Assembly (NCBI GenBank): GCA_021641225.1
Contig: JAJWXI010000002.1
Location: forward strand, 1 to 42,773
Source: Collinsella aerofaciens
GTDB lineage: Bacteria; Actinomycetota; Coriobacteriia; Coriobacteriales; Coriobacteriaceae
Reading direction: 5' to 3'
Length of the DNA stretch: 42,773 nucleotides
This document shows positions 33,820 through 42,773 of this stretch, piece after piece. The notes beneath the pieces were generated by a model that saw only the letters and a list, made by a program, of their open reading frames with translations, was not told the DNA's origin and ran no database searches. Numbering within the stretch: position 1 is the first letter of the stretch; each line of letters begins with the position of its first letter. The position numbers were made by a program, and so were the translations under genes.

Positions 33820-35244
33820 CTATGCGAATGGCTCGTCCTGCTGTATGGGAAACGTCACCGTAATGGTGGTTCCCACGCCCAACTCGCTCGACAGGTCGAG
33901 CGTGGCGTGATGATACAGGGCCGCATGCTTGACAATGGCAAGCCCCAGGCCGGTTCCGCCGCGTGCCTTGGACCTACTCTTGTCCACGCGATAGAACCGC
34001 TCAAATACCTTGCCCTGTTCTTCAGGCGCGATACCGATTCCCGTGTCGGCGACAGCGAGGAACGGATGGCCTTCGTCGTCGGTGCCGCACTGCAACGTAA
34101 CCGTACCGCCGGGTCGATTGTAGCGGATGGCGTTGCTTGCCAGATTATAGATGAGCTCGTCGATCAAGCGCGACACGCCTTCGATGACCACAGGCTTGGT
34201 CTCATGACTTATCGTCACATTCGCCTGACGGGCAACCTGTTCAAGACGCTGCTCAACCGCGTAGATCGCACGAGAGAGCTCAATAGGCTCCGTGGACCCA
34301 ATGGGCACCGCCTCGCCCTCAGTCGCACGCTCGGCCTCGTCCAAGTTAGACAGCGTAAGGATGTCGTTGACAAGCGCTGCCAAGCGGCCCGCCTCACGAT
34401 AGATGCGACCGCCAAAGTTGCGCAGGTCGTCCTCGCCCTCGACCATGCCATTCGCGATGAGCTCGGCATAGCCCGAAATCGCCGTAAGCGGCGTCTTGAG
34501 CTCATGGGTGATATTCGCCGTGAACTCGCGGCGCATACGGTCGTTGTCCGCTAGCACCGCCATTTGGCGCTTGAGTTCCTGGCGCTGCGACTCGATACGC
34601 TCAAGCATGGGGACCATCTCGGCATAGGCGTGCTCATAGCTACGGCGTGGGTGATCCAAATCCACCTCTTGCAACGGCGCGATGATGGCACGGGACTCAC
34701 GGCGCGCCATAAAAAACGAGAGTACCGCACCCGCTGCTGCGATAAGCAGCATCGGCGCCAGCATCGACAGCAAAATCGCCGCAACGCCAGGCTGGGCCTG
34801 CGCCAAGCGAACGACCTGGCCGTTATCAAGGGTGACGGCGCGATACAGCATAATCTCGTCGAGTGTAGAGCTTGCGCGCTCCGCGGAACCCGAACCACTC
34901 TCAAAGGCCTCGATGACCTCGGGGCGATCGCCATGGTTGGGCAGTGTGGAAGGCGACGCCTCGTTGTCGTAGGCAACAGATCCGTCCTTATTGATCAGCG
35001 TGATACGAAGATCCTCGCGATCGAGGCTTCGCAAGAACGGAATGGGCTCCTGCTGCTCGTCAAGGGCGGCAGCAATGAGCTCGGTTTCCTGCGCCAGATT
35101 GGCACTCGTGGCATCCGCCAAAGTGTTTTGCACAAAGAACGCACCCAGCACCGTAAACGCCACGATAACTGCCATGGCGCAGACAAAGATCGTCACAAAA
35201 ACGCGGTGCGACAGCGTATGTTTTCCCTGGGGGGCGAAGACCAC
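33820..35244 (-). CDS. phoR: PhoR-like sensor histidine kinase
   Basis: RITLINKDGSVAYDN...NHGDRPEV sensor region, RREFTANITHELKTPL H-box, NAIRYN and FERFYRVDKSRSKARGGTGLGLAIVKH. It is in an operon with pstB. Confidence 0.8.
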   Translation of the reverse strand: MVFAPQGKHTLSHRVFVTIFVCAMAVIVAFTVLGAFFVQNTLADATSANLAQETELIAAALDEQQEPIPFLRSLDREDLRITLINKDGSVAYDNEASPSTLPNHGDRPEVIEAFESGSGSAERASSTLDEIMLYRAVTLDNGQVVRLAQAQPGVAAILLSMLAPMLLIAAAGAVLSFFMARRESRAIIAPLQEVDLDHPRRSYEHAYAEMVPMLERIESQRQELKRQMAVLADNDRMRREFTANITHELKTPLTAISGYAELIANGMVEGEDDLRNFGGRIYREAGRLAALVNDILTLSNLDEAERATEGEAVPIGSTEPIELSRAIYAVEQRLEQVARQANVTISHETKPVVIEGVSRLIDELIYNLASNAIRYNRPGGTVTLQCGTDDEGHPFLAVADTGIGIAPEEQGKVFERFYRVDKSRSKARGGTGLGLAIVKHAALYHHATLDLSSELGVGTTITVTFPIQQDEPFA

Positions 35245-35247
35245 GGG

Positions 35248-35976
35248 TTACTCCTCCGATGCGGTGGCCGCGGTGTCGTCGCCTTCGGCACCATCACCGG
35301 CAGAAGGCTCGGCCAAGCGGTAGCCCACGCCGCGCACGGTCTCGATGGCGCTGGCATGCTCGCCCAGTTTTTGGCGAAGCGTCTGCACGTGCACGTCGAC
35401 GGTGCGCGAACCGCCGTCGAAGTCCCAGCCCCACACGCTCTGCAGCAACGACTCGCGGGTAAAGACCACGCCGGGCTTGCGCATGAGGTACTCGAGCAGG
35501 TCGAACTCGCGCAGGGTGAGCTTAAGCGGCTCGCCGGCAACGGTCACCTCGCGATGGCTGGGCGAGAGCACAATGTCGCCCACGCTGAGCACATCGCTTG
35601 CCTGTTTGACCATGCCGCCGCGACGCAGCAGTGCGCGGCAGCGGCTGGCGAGCTCCATGAGCGAAAACGGCTTAGTCAGGTAATCGTCGGCACCGCCATC
35701 GAGCGCCATCACCTTGTCGAGCTCGGTATCCTTGGCGGTAAGCATCATGATGGGCACCGTCGCCGTCAGGCGATCGGCACGCAGTCGACGCATAATCGCC
35801 AAGCCATCGGTATCGGGCAGCATGATGTCGAGCAGGACGGCATCGGGTACCCGTCGCGCCACAGCAGCCTTAAACTCACCGTCGCACGAAAAGCCTTCGG
35901 CCTCAATCCCCTGCTTGCGCAGCGCATAGACCGTCAAATCCCTGATGTTGTCATCGTCCTCGACGTAATAGATCAT
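35248..35976 (-). CDS. phoB: PhoB/PhoP-like OmpR-family response regulator
   Basis: MIYYVEDD, LLDIMLPD, MLTAKDTELDKV, GADDYLTKPF and SRTVDVHVQTLRQKL. Confidence 0.8.
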   Translation of the reverse strand: MIYYVEDDDNIRDLTVYALRKQGIEAEGFSCDGEFKAAVARRVPDAVLLDIMLPDTDGLAIMRRLRADRLTATVPIMMLTAKDTELDKVMALDGGADDYLTKPFSLMELASRCRALLRRGGMVKQASDVLSVGDIVLSPSHREVTVAGEPLKLTLREFDLLEYLMRKPGVVFTRESLLQSVWGWDFDGGSRTVDVHVQTLRQKLGEHASAIETVRGVGYRLAEPSAGDGAEGDDTAATASEE

Positions 35977-36040
35977 GTTGAACCCCTTTGCGGCCGGCAT
36001 GACCGCATCTTAACCCTAAAGGTACCTTTACTAGATGGTA

Positions 36041-36916
36041 TCAGCCAAAACGCCCCGTCAAATAATCCGCCGTGCGCGGATCGGTCGGATTCTTGAAGAG
36101 TTGCGCGGTGGGCGCGTGCTCCACCAGCTCACCCAGCAAAAAGAATGCGACCGAATCGGAGATACGCGCCGCCTGCTGCATATTGTGCGTAACGACCACG
36201 AGCGTGCAGGTCTCTTTGAGCTCGCAGGCCAGCTGCTCCACCACCAGCGTCGACACAGGGTCGAGTGCCGAGGTCGGCTCGTCCATCAGCAGAATGTCGG
36301 GCTGCACGGCAAGTGCGCGGGCGATGCACAGACGCTGCTGCTGGCCGCCCGAAAGACCCAGACCCGACTCTTTGAGCTTGTCCTTGACCTCATCCCATAG
36401 CGCAGCGCGACGAAGGGAGTCCTCGACCAGCTCATCCAGCGCAGCGCGATCGCGCACACCCATACCGCGCGGACCATACGCGACGTTGTCGTAGATGCTC
36501 ATGGGAAACGGGTTGGGGCGCTGGAACACCATGCCCACGCGCTGGCGAAGGCGGCAGATGTCGTAGTCGCCCAGGATATCTTGACCATCGAGCGCAATCT
36601 TGCCCTCGATGCGGCAGTCCTTGATGCCGTCGTTCATGCGGTTAAAGCAGCGCAGCAACGTGGACTTTCCGCAGCCCGAAGGCCCGATGAACGAGGTAAT
36701 CTGCTTGTCGCGGATCTTGATATTCACGTCCTTGAGCGCATGGTGGTCGCCATAGAACAGGTCGAGGCCCTCAACATCGATTCGCGTCGGCGAGGCGGCA
36801 AGATCCTCTGCCGTGGGGCGAGTCGCATCCCCAACCTCGCGCTCGTGCGCGGCCTCGGCCTGCGCTTTCATGAGTTCTTCAAGCTCCGTGGGCTCCACAG
36901 CCGCAGCAGCCGTCAT
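36041..36916 (-). CDS. pstB: Phosphate ABC transporter ATP-binding protein
   Basis: [57 protein letters not shown] and [16 protein letters not shown] before ATG 36916. Confidence 0.95.
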   Translation of the reverse strand: MTAAAAVEPTELEELMKAQAEAAHEREVGDATRPTAEDLAASPTRIDVEGLDLFYGDHHALKDVNIKIRDKQITSFIGPSGCGKSTLLRCFNRMNDGIKDCRIEGKIALDGQDILGDYDICRLRQRVGMVFQRPNPFPMSIYDNVAYGPRGMGVRDRAALDELVEDSLRRAALWDEVKDKLKESGLGLSGGQQQRLCIARALAVQPDILLMDEPTSALDPVSTLVVEQLACELKETCTLVVVTHNMQQAARISDSVAFFLLGELVEHAPTAQLFKNPTDPRTADYLTGRFG

Positions 36917-36955
36917 ACCGCATACCTCCACATCGATATCAATTCAGCAGTATCG

Positions 36956-37009
36956 ATAGTAGGAATCGCGGCTCATATGCACGTGAGCGCATTGTCAAGT
37001 GTTTGTAAG
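36956..37009 (-). promoter_or_regulatory. Pho-box promoter of pstB
   Basis: On the minus strand, TTACA / TGACA / TCACG direct repeats occur at exact 11-bp spacing (37008, 36997, 36986). They overlap the -35 position, with a TACTAT -10 at 36961-36956. Confidence 0.65.
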
Positions 37010-37019
37010 GGCACACTGG

Positions 37020-38258
37020 CTATGCGGCGGGCAGCTCGATGGTGAATATCGTGTGTTCGGGCGTCGATTCACATGCAACGGTACCGCCGTGCGCGCATAC
37101 GATCTCCTTGGCGATGGCAAGCCCCAGTCCAGCGCCGCCGCGATTGGTCGCACGCGCCGCATCCAGGCGATAGAACTTCTCAAAGATCACCTTGAGCTTT
37201 GCCTCAGGGATGGGATCGCCCTGATTGATAAAGCGCACGCGCACGCCACCGCCGCCCCGGCGTCTGGCCTCGATCGTGATGGTCGAGCCCTCATAGCTAT
37301 AGGCAATAGCGTTTTTCATGATGTTGTTGAACACGCGAGCCATTTTGTCGCCATCCACGAGCACCGTCAGGTCCTCGCGAATATCAACTTGGACTTCCTT
37401 ATGCTGCTCGTTGAGGATGGGATAGAACTCGTCAGCCACCTGAGCCAGCAGCAACCCCAGATCAACATAGCCGCGCGTGAGCACGATATCGTGGAAGTCA
37501 AAGCGCGTGATATCGAAGAACTCTTCGATGAGCGTATCGAGCCGGTGCGCCTTGTCGAGCGCCACGCCCGTAAAGTGCGCACGTTGCTCAACCGGCAGCT
37601 CGGGAGCCTCTTGCAGCAGCGAAAGATAGCCCACCACACTGGCAAGCGGGGTGCGTAGGTCATGTGCCAAGTACGTGACCAGATCGTCCTTGCGATGAGA
37701 TTCGTCACGCAAGGCCTGTTGCACCTTGCGCTCACGGTCACGCACGCGGTTAAGGGCGCCCTCGACCTCCAAGAAGTCGCCGTCGATGTTGTCCCAGGTG
37801 TCGGGGTGATCGATCAGGCGATCTTGAATACGAGCAGCCAGCACACAATCGGCATGCTGCTCGCCCTGCTCGTAGCCCTGGTAGTACAGGGCGCGGCCGC
37901 ACAAGAACAGCACGCACGCGGCAAGCGCCAGCACAAAGCCAAGCATGTTGAATACAAAGCCGGCATCGAACAGCACCGGCCCTTCGATGCCGCCGAGCGC
38001 CATGGCGCCAATCGCCAACGTCATGGCCCACGCGGCGCCGCCAATCACCACGCAGCGGCACACGATCTCAAATCGATCGATCAGCAAAAAGCCAACAAGC
38101 AGCACCGCCAAGATTCCAGCGATGTTATCGATGCCAATCAGCAGCAGGCTCAGCAAAAAGAGCAGCACCGTTGCAAGCGCGCGGTTGTCGACGACTGACC
38201 TCACGTATTCAAAGAGTCGATCGGGCACCTCGAACGCTTGCCTATCGTCTTTTGTCAT
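37020..38258 (-). CDS. VanS-like sensor histidine kinase
   Basis: RKDDLVTYLAHDLRTPLASVVGYLSLLQEAPELP...LDKAHRLDTLIEEFFDITR, ARVFNNIMKNAIAYS and IFEKFYRLD...GGAGLGLAIAKEIV. Start probably ATG 38258; several N-terminal TM helices. Confidence 0.88.
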   Translation of the reverse strand: MTKDDRQAFEVPDRLFEYVRSVVDNRALATVLLFLLSLLLIGIDNIAGILAVLLVGFLLIDRFEIVCRCVVIGGAAWAMTLAIGAMALGGIEGPVLFDAGFVFNMLGFVLALAACVLFLCGRALYYQGYEQGEQHADCVLAARIQDRLIDHPDTWDNIDGDFLEVEGALNRVRDRERKVQQALRDESHRKDDLVTYLAHDLRTPLASVVGYLSLLQEAPELPVEQRAHFTGVALDKAHRLDTLIEEFFDITRFDFHDIVLTRGYVDLGLLLAQVADEFYPILNEQHKEVQVDIREDLTVLVDGDKMARVFNNIMKNAIAYSYEGSTITIEARRRGGGGVRVRFINQGDPIPEAKLKVIFEKFYRLDAARATNRGGAGLGLAIAKEIVCAHGGTVACESTPEHTIFTIELPAA

Positions 38259-38284
38259 ATCAAGATCCTCACAAGCGAAAAGCG

Positions 38285-38980
38285 TTATTCGATGATGTAG
38301 CCGACGCCCCAGACGTTTTTGATAAAGCGCGGCTTTTGTGCGTCGTCGCCGATCTTTTCGCGCAAGTGGCGAATGTGCACCATCACCGTATTGTTGGAGC
38401 CGGGCATAAAGTCCTCGTTCCATACCGCGCGGAACAGGTCCTCCACGGCCACCACGCTGCCGCGATGCTCGACCAGATACAGCAAGATTGAATACTCGGT
38501 GGGTGTGAGGCGTACCGGTGAACCGTCCACCGTTACGGAACGAGCATCGCGGTTGATCTCCAAGCCGTCGAGCTGAATGGTCGGCGACTCGGCCGCCTGC
38601 GCACGGCTACCGTAGCTGGTGTAGCGGCGAAGCTGAGCGTGCACACGCGCGATGAGCTCCAGCGGGCGGAACGGCTTAACCACGTAATCGTCCGCACCAA
38701 GCGAAAGGCCCTCGATCTTGTCTTGCTGGGCATCGCGCGCCGTCAGCATGATCACAGGATAGGTATGGCTGGAACGGATCGTACGCAGCAGCTCAAATCC
38801 ATCGATATCGGGCAGCATGACATCCAGCAGCGCCAAATCGAACTCCTGCTCCAAGATTGCCTTGGCAGCATCGGCCCCGCTATAGGCAATCTGGACATCA
38901 AAGCCCTCTTTTGTAAGGTAGATACCAACCAAGTCGGCGATGGCCTTCTCGTCATCAACTACCAGTATGCGCTCGTTCAT
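38285..38980 (-). CDS. VanR-like OmpR-family response regulator
   Basis: ILVVDDEKAIADLV, YPVIMLTA, GADDYVVKPFRPLELIARVHAQLRRY, NNTVMVHIRHLREK and IKNVWGVGY. Confidence 0.9.
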   Translation of the reverse strand: MNERILVVDDEKAIADLVGIYLTKEGFDVQIAYSGADAAKAILEQEFDLALLDVMLPDIDGFELLRTIRSSHTYPVIMLTARDAQQDKIEGLSLGADDYVVKPFRPLELIARVHAQLRRYTSYGSRAQAAESPTIQLDGLEINRDARSVTVDGSPVRLTPTEYSILLYLVEHRGSVVAVEDLFRAVWNEDFMPGSNNTVMVHIRHLREKIGDDAQKPRFIKNVWGVGYIIE

Positions 38981-39040
38981 GCGTGCTCCTCTCGCGCTCC
39001 ATTATGCCCGAGGGGGCGCACGCCACACACAACAAGCGTG

Positions 39041-39065
39041 GGTGATTAAGTCGGCCTTAAGCACC
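39041..39065. promoter_or_regulatory. Candidate response-regulator box between the VanR-like gene and the carboxypeptidase
   Basis: GGTGATTAAG-TCGGC-CTTAAGCACC is both an imperfect inverted repeat and a TTAAG direct repeat at 11-bp spacing (39046, 39057). Confidence 0.45.
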
Positions 39066-39177
39066 CTTGTGCCCGTTCGGGCGCGGATGTGGGCCACGCA
39101 CGCACGCGATGATCGTCGACGCCGGCAAACGATATACTCTAGTTCCAGAAGAGACCATCCCGTCGAAAGCGAAATCT

Positions 39178-40518
39178 GTGAAGTCCCTCACCTCTTTTGC
39201 AAAGCGCTCAGCCCAGCTTGCCGCCGGCTTTGTCTGCGCTATCGCCCTTGCCGCTGGCGCGCCCACCGTCGCCGGCGCCCAAGTGCTCACGACCGACAAT
39301 GTTTGCGGCAAAACCGCCGATGCGCGCGGCATCTCGGCCGAAAACCTGCCCGATATCGATGCGACCAATGCCCTCGTCATGGGCAAAGACGGTACCGTCT
39401 ACTATGCCCGCGGCGCCGATGAGCAGGTCAAGATTGCCTCGATCACCAAGGTCATGACCGCAATCCTAACCGTCGAGAATTGCAAGATGGACGAGAAGGT
39501 CACGGTGAGCAACGCCGCAGCCACCGTGGGTAATTCGACCGCTGGCTTGCTCGAAGGCGACGAGCTTACCGTGGAGCAGGCACTGCGCGGCCTGATGATT
39601 CCCTCGGGCAACGACGCCGCCATCGTTCTCGCCGAATATGTGGGCAAGAAGATCGACCCTAAGACCAAAGACGCTGAGGTCACATTTGTGAAGGCCATGA
39701 ACGAGCGCGCTAAGAAGCTCGGCTGCACCGGCACGCTTTTTGAAAACCCGCATGGTCTGGACTTTGATGAGTGGGCTGGCGATATGCACTCAACCGCACA
39801 CGACGTAGCGCTGATGATGCAGGAGGCCATGAAAAACAACACGATCCGCGAGGTCGTAGCGAGCGAGGATTCCTGGATCGAGGTCACGGGCGCCGACGGC
39901 ACCGACCATTCGCATTCCATGGACACGCATAACTATTTGCTGGGCCAAGATGGCAACATCGGTGGCAAGACCGGCACCACCGACGATGCAGGCTATTGCT
40001 TTACGAGCGCCTACAACCGCGATGGCGACGAGATCTACACCGTTGTTTTGAACTCCACCACCACCGACCAGCGCTTTACCGATACCGCAACCCTTGCCAA
40101 CTGGTACTACGGTCACAAGGTGACGGTCGCGATCGCCAACACGCAGGAAAAGACCGCCAACGGCAACCCGCTTATGGCGCGCATCAGTCAAACCGACTGG
40201 ACGGATAAGACGATCGACGCCACGCTCGCCGATCCTACGGCGCAAGCGACCGTGTTTTCCCTTGCCGGCGAGGTAACCGAAAAGGTTAGCTACGACGATC
40301 TTTCGGGCACGGTGCATGTGGGCGACAAGGTGGGCAGCGTTACGCTCAAGCAGGACGGCACCAAAATCGCCGTTATGGACCTGGTTGCCGACGAGGAAGG
40401 CGCAGGGCCGAATCCCATTGAATGGATACTCGTGAAGCTCGATCGCTTGGGCCGCCGCATCGACAACCGCCCGCTCACAGCCGAGAGCGAGACCGTAGCC
40501 AAGGCGCCCAAGGCGTAG
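39178..40518 (+). CDS. Serine D-alanyl-D-alanine carboxypeptidase (peptidase S11, low-MW PBP)
   Basis: SxxK (ASITK), SxN (PSGNDAA), NPHGL and KTG (GKTGTT). A signal peptide begins at the probable GTG 39178, with a TATACT -10 at about 39133. Confidence 0.92.
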   Translation: MKSLTSFAKRSAQLAAGFVCAIALAAGAPTVAGAQVLTTDNVCGKTADARGISAENLPDIDATNALVMGKDGTVYYARGADEQVKIASITKVMTAILTVENCKMDEKVTVSNAAATVGNSTAGLLEGDELTVEQALRGLMIPSGNDAAIVLAEYVGKKIDPKTKDAEVTFVKAMNERAKKLGCTGTLFENPHGLDFDEWAGDMHSTAHDVALMMQEAMKNNTIREVVASEDSWIEVTGADGTDHSHSMDTHNYLLGQDGNIGGKTGTTDDAGYCFTSAYNRDGDEIYTVVLNSTTTDQRFTDTATLANWYYGHKVTVAIANTQEKTANGNPLMARISQTDWTDKTIDATLADPTAQATVFSLAGEVTEKVSYDDLSGTVHVGDKVGSVTLKQDGTKIAVMDLVADEEGAGPNPIEWILVKLDRLGRRIDNRPLTAESETVAKAPKA

Positions 40519-40543
40519 GGCCGGAGCGATATCACATCGAACC

Positions 40544-40575
40544 AAATGAGGCGTCCAACGGGGCGCCTCATTTTT
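40544..40575 (+). terminator. Intrinsic terminator of the carboxypeptidase gene
   Basis: AAATGAGGCGTCC-AACG-GGGCGCCTCATTTTT. Confidence 0.75.
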
Positions 40576-40577
40576 GA

Positions 40578-40607
40578 GGGTTCGAATCCCCAGCCTCCTT
40601 TCTCCGC
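40578..40607 (+). repeat. Inverted partial copy of the tRNA-Ser 3' end
   Basis: GGGTTCGAATCCCCAGC-ctcctt-TCTCCGC on the + strand compared with the tRNA 3' end GGGTTCGAATCCCCAGC-TCTCCGCCA on the - strand. Confidence 0.8.
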
Positions 40608-40609
40608 AC

Positions 40610-40635
40610 AAAAAAGGGCCCCAAATGGGACCCTT
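40610..40635 (-). terminator. Intrinsic terminator of tRNA-Ser
   Basis: Minus-strand AAGGGTCCC-ATTT-GGGGCCCTTTTTT. Confidence 0.7.
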
Positions 40636-40649
40636 CTTTCAAGTCATAC

Positions 40650-40740
40650 TGGCGGAGAGCTGGGGATTCGAACCCCAGATGCCCTTTTGGGGCATACTCG
40701 CTTAGCAGGCGAGCACCTTCGGCCTCTCGGTCAGCTCTCC
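40650..40740 (-). tRNA. tRNA-Ser (GCT)
   Basis: GGAGAGC acceptor stem, anticodon arm CTCGC-CTGCTAA-GCGAG, long variable arm, GGTTCGAATCC T-loop and encoded CCA; 91 nt. Confidence 0.97.
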
Positions 40741-40834
40741 GTAACAGCCGTTCTATAGTAACCAAACAGTCGAAGTTGGGCAAGAGGGAATTTTCTAATT
40801 GTCCAGTGGCCTTTCCTCCTTGCAGTTTTCGCTA

Positions 40835-42773
40835 CTACCCCAGCGAGCGGTTGAGGGAGCCGAGCTCGTCGTTGCCCATGGTGCGCCACATTTGGAAGAT
40901 GCAACCGCGTGCCAGGAAAAAGAACCCGTTGTCGACCAGTTGCACAGCGGCATCTGCCAGCTGATTCGTCACGGCGGACACTGGCGGCAGCTCGAGTCCA
41001 GCCTTGTGGATGGTCTCGACCGCTTCCTCGAACGTCGGAGGCTCGCTGACGCCCATCTCGTTCATAAGGCCCTGCATTTCTTCCAGCGCGCTGCTACCCG
41101 ACTCCTCGCCGCGCGGCACCAGACGGTAACAAGCCAGCGCCAGGTCGAGCTGATCGCAATTCCAATAGGCAAACGCCAAGCGATAGAACAGGTAGCCGAT
41201 TGCAGAACGATCGCTGGCAATACGTAGGCCGTGGCGCGCCACCTCGATAATCTCGTCAAAGCGCTCCAGACGCGCAAGCACGTTGATGAGCGCAAAGTGC
41301 GACTGCATGGACGAGCGCGCCAGATCGTAAAGATGGCGCACCTCGGGCAGTGCTCGTTCAAAGTCCTCTTGCTCGGCGTAAAAGCTGCAGATCTCATGCT
41401 GGGCAAAGTACAGCGCATCGGGCGCACGAAGGATTCGCACAGAGCGGTCTTCTTCCAACACCGGTAGCACCATGCGCACCAGCTGGTTATCGCAAAACTG
41501 CGTTTGAACCGGACCTGTCGCCAAAAGCTCGGCGACGGCGCACTTGGCCTCCAACTCCTCAACAAGACGGGAAAAGCCTTCAAAAGCACCTGTACGGTCG
41601 ACTTTTGCCTGCTCGCGCAATTCAACAACACGGGCCACGTATGGGTCGTCGTCCTCTTCCATGACCTCCAGCTCGTCAGCCGTATCGGCAAGCAGCAGAT
41701 CGCGCAGCGCCGGCGGCAGCATGCGATGGTCATCACGCGGACGAGCATGAACCTCCGCAGGTTCAATCGTCTCCGGAGCGGTTGACTCATATGCCTCAAG
41801 CACACGCTTGCACGGCATATCGTCCATGTCCATGCTCTCAAGATCCTTGGCGACAGGCACGCAATCGGCCAGATAGGCCGCGCGCCCAAAGAAATACGTT
41901 GCGACAACGCGCTCGCCCTGCTCACTGTCGGGAGCAGCAATCTGCACATAGCAGCGCGTGATGCAGGTGCCCGCGGCAAAACACGCTGCCGCAAGCGTGA
42001 GTGCCACGCGCGCATCGTGCTCCGCGGCCCAGATCGCGCGCGTGTCCTCGTCCAACTCGCGCCAGGCGTCATCTTGAGCGTCGTATTCACGTTGTGGCAT
42101 AGCATCAACGACAGACTGCCCAAACCGAACGAGCATAATCCCCTCGGCAACGTTTGCCCGATAGGTATAGTCGAGCCGCGTGACCACGTTAAGTGCCTCG
42201 ACAATACGCGCGAAGCGGGTACGCACATCCCACTCACCGCCCGGCTGGCAAGCCACCGTACCCGGTTTGCCCCACGGGTTATCGCTCGAGGCCGTATCGA
42301 GCAGTCGGGGAACATCGTTGGTCGTCTTGGCGATATGCCACGCATCAAAGAGCGCGCAGCCCTCAAGGCTCGGCGAGGATGCCGCAGGGACCAATCCGGC
42401 CCCGATGCGCTCAAGGATGCCGGAGAGGCGGTTGAGACGGCACTCGATGGCAAGCAGCATGTCAATCTCGTCCTGGTCCAGCAGGCTGCGATCAAAATTG
42501 AGATAGAACAGCTTTGACCGGTCGATACGCGCTAGGCTCATTTCGGACTTGGCGGCAATGGTGCGCAGGCGGGGCAAGTCGACCTCGCTCATAAGGGCGG
42601 CGGCATAACGCTCGATACCGCTCGGATTCTCGGCATGGTCAACGCGGTAGAGCAGCGTCTCGATAGCGTCAGGTAGCGGTGCCGTGTTAAAGCCCAAAAA
42701 CACCTCGACCGGCTCGGGCAACTTTACGAGCTTGATCTTGTCGACAACGTTTTGCATACCCTCGTCGAGTCCG
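40835..42773 (-). CDS. Large hypothetical protein with C-terminal TPR-like repeats; probably 5'-truncated by the window edge
   Basis: The frame is open beyond ATG 42757 to the edge. The C-terminal helical repeats (HFALINVLARLERFDEII...YLFYRLAFAYWNCDQLDLALACY) resemble TPRs. Confidence 0.65.
   Translation of the reverse strand, partial: GLDEGMQNVVDKIKLVKLPEPVEVFLGFNTAPLPDAIETLLYRVDHAENPSGIERYAAALMSEVDLPRLRTIAAKSEMSLARIDRSKLFYLNFDRSLLDQDEIDMLLAIECRLNRLSGILERIGAGLVPAASSPSLEGCALFDAWHIAKTTNDVPRLLDTASSDNPWGKPGTVACQPGGEWDVRTRFARIVEALNVVTRLDYTYRANVAEGIMLVRFGQSVVDAMPQREYDAQDDAWRELDEDTRAIWAAEHDARVALTLAAACFAAGTCITRCYVQIAAPDSEQGERVVATYFFGRAAYLADCVPVAKDLESMDMDDMPCKRVLEAYESTAPETIEPAEVHARPRDDHRMLPPALRDLLLADTADELEVMEEDDDPYVARVVELREQAKVDRTGAFEGFSRLVEELEAKCAVAELLATGPVQTQFCDNQLVRMVLPVLEEDRSVRILRAPDALYFAQHEICSFYAEQEDFERALPEVRHLYDLARSSMQSHFALINVLARLERFDEIIEVARHGLRIASDRSAIGYLFYRLAFAYWNCDQLDLALACYRLVPRGEESGSSALEEMQGLMNEMGVSEPPTFEEAVETIHKAGLELPPVSAVTNQLADAAVQLVDNGFFFLARGCIFQMWRTMGNDELGSLNRSLG

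Overview
This is a GC-rich chromosomal segment whose gene content suggests a Coriobacteriia gut actinobacterium (Collinsella-like; inferred, not searched). Most genes lie on the minus strand. From left to right: partial uxaC with a LacI regulator and palindromic operators; a feoA-feoA-feoB-Cys-rich iron uptake locus with four related 20-bp boxes; a stand-alone HPr; aspS; serB; and a split lactate racemase locus (larB-larC N-terminal half-tetR converging on larA-larD, with no larE or larC2 in the window). These are followed by ppc, hisS, an MFS/M20 amidohydrolase/DMT group, two YhgE/Pip genes, htpG, a GNAT, an orphan cpsCDB tyrosine-kinase module, pstB-phoB-phoR with a Pho box, a VanRS-like pair divergent from a D,D-carboxypeptidase, tRNA-Ser(GCT) and a partial TPR protein. 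No transposase, integrase, prophage or CRISPR array is visible. The most unusual signals are non-coding. Two 127-bp palindromes share a conserved core but have unrelated, self-complementary arms, and they bracket larA-larD. A third hairpin of about 122 bp carries the same GCA/GA internal loop. There are also arrays of unrelated hairpins of about 60 bp, a strongly strand-skewed tract beside one palindrome, and an inverted tRNA 3'-end fragment. The HPr has a natural Ser46-to-Asp substitution.
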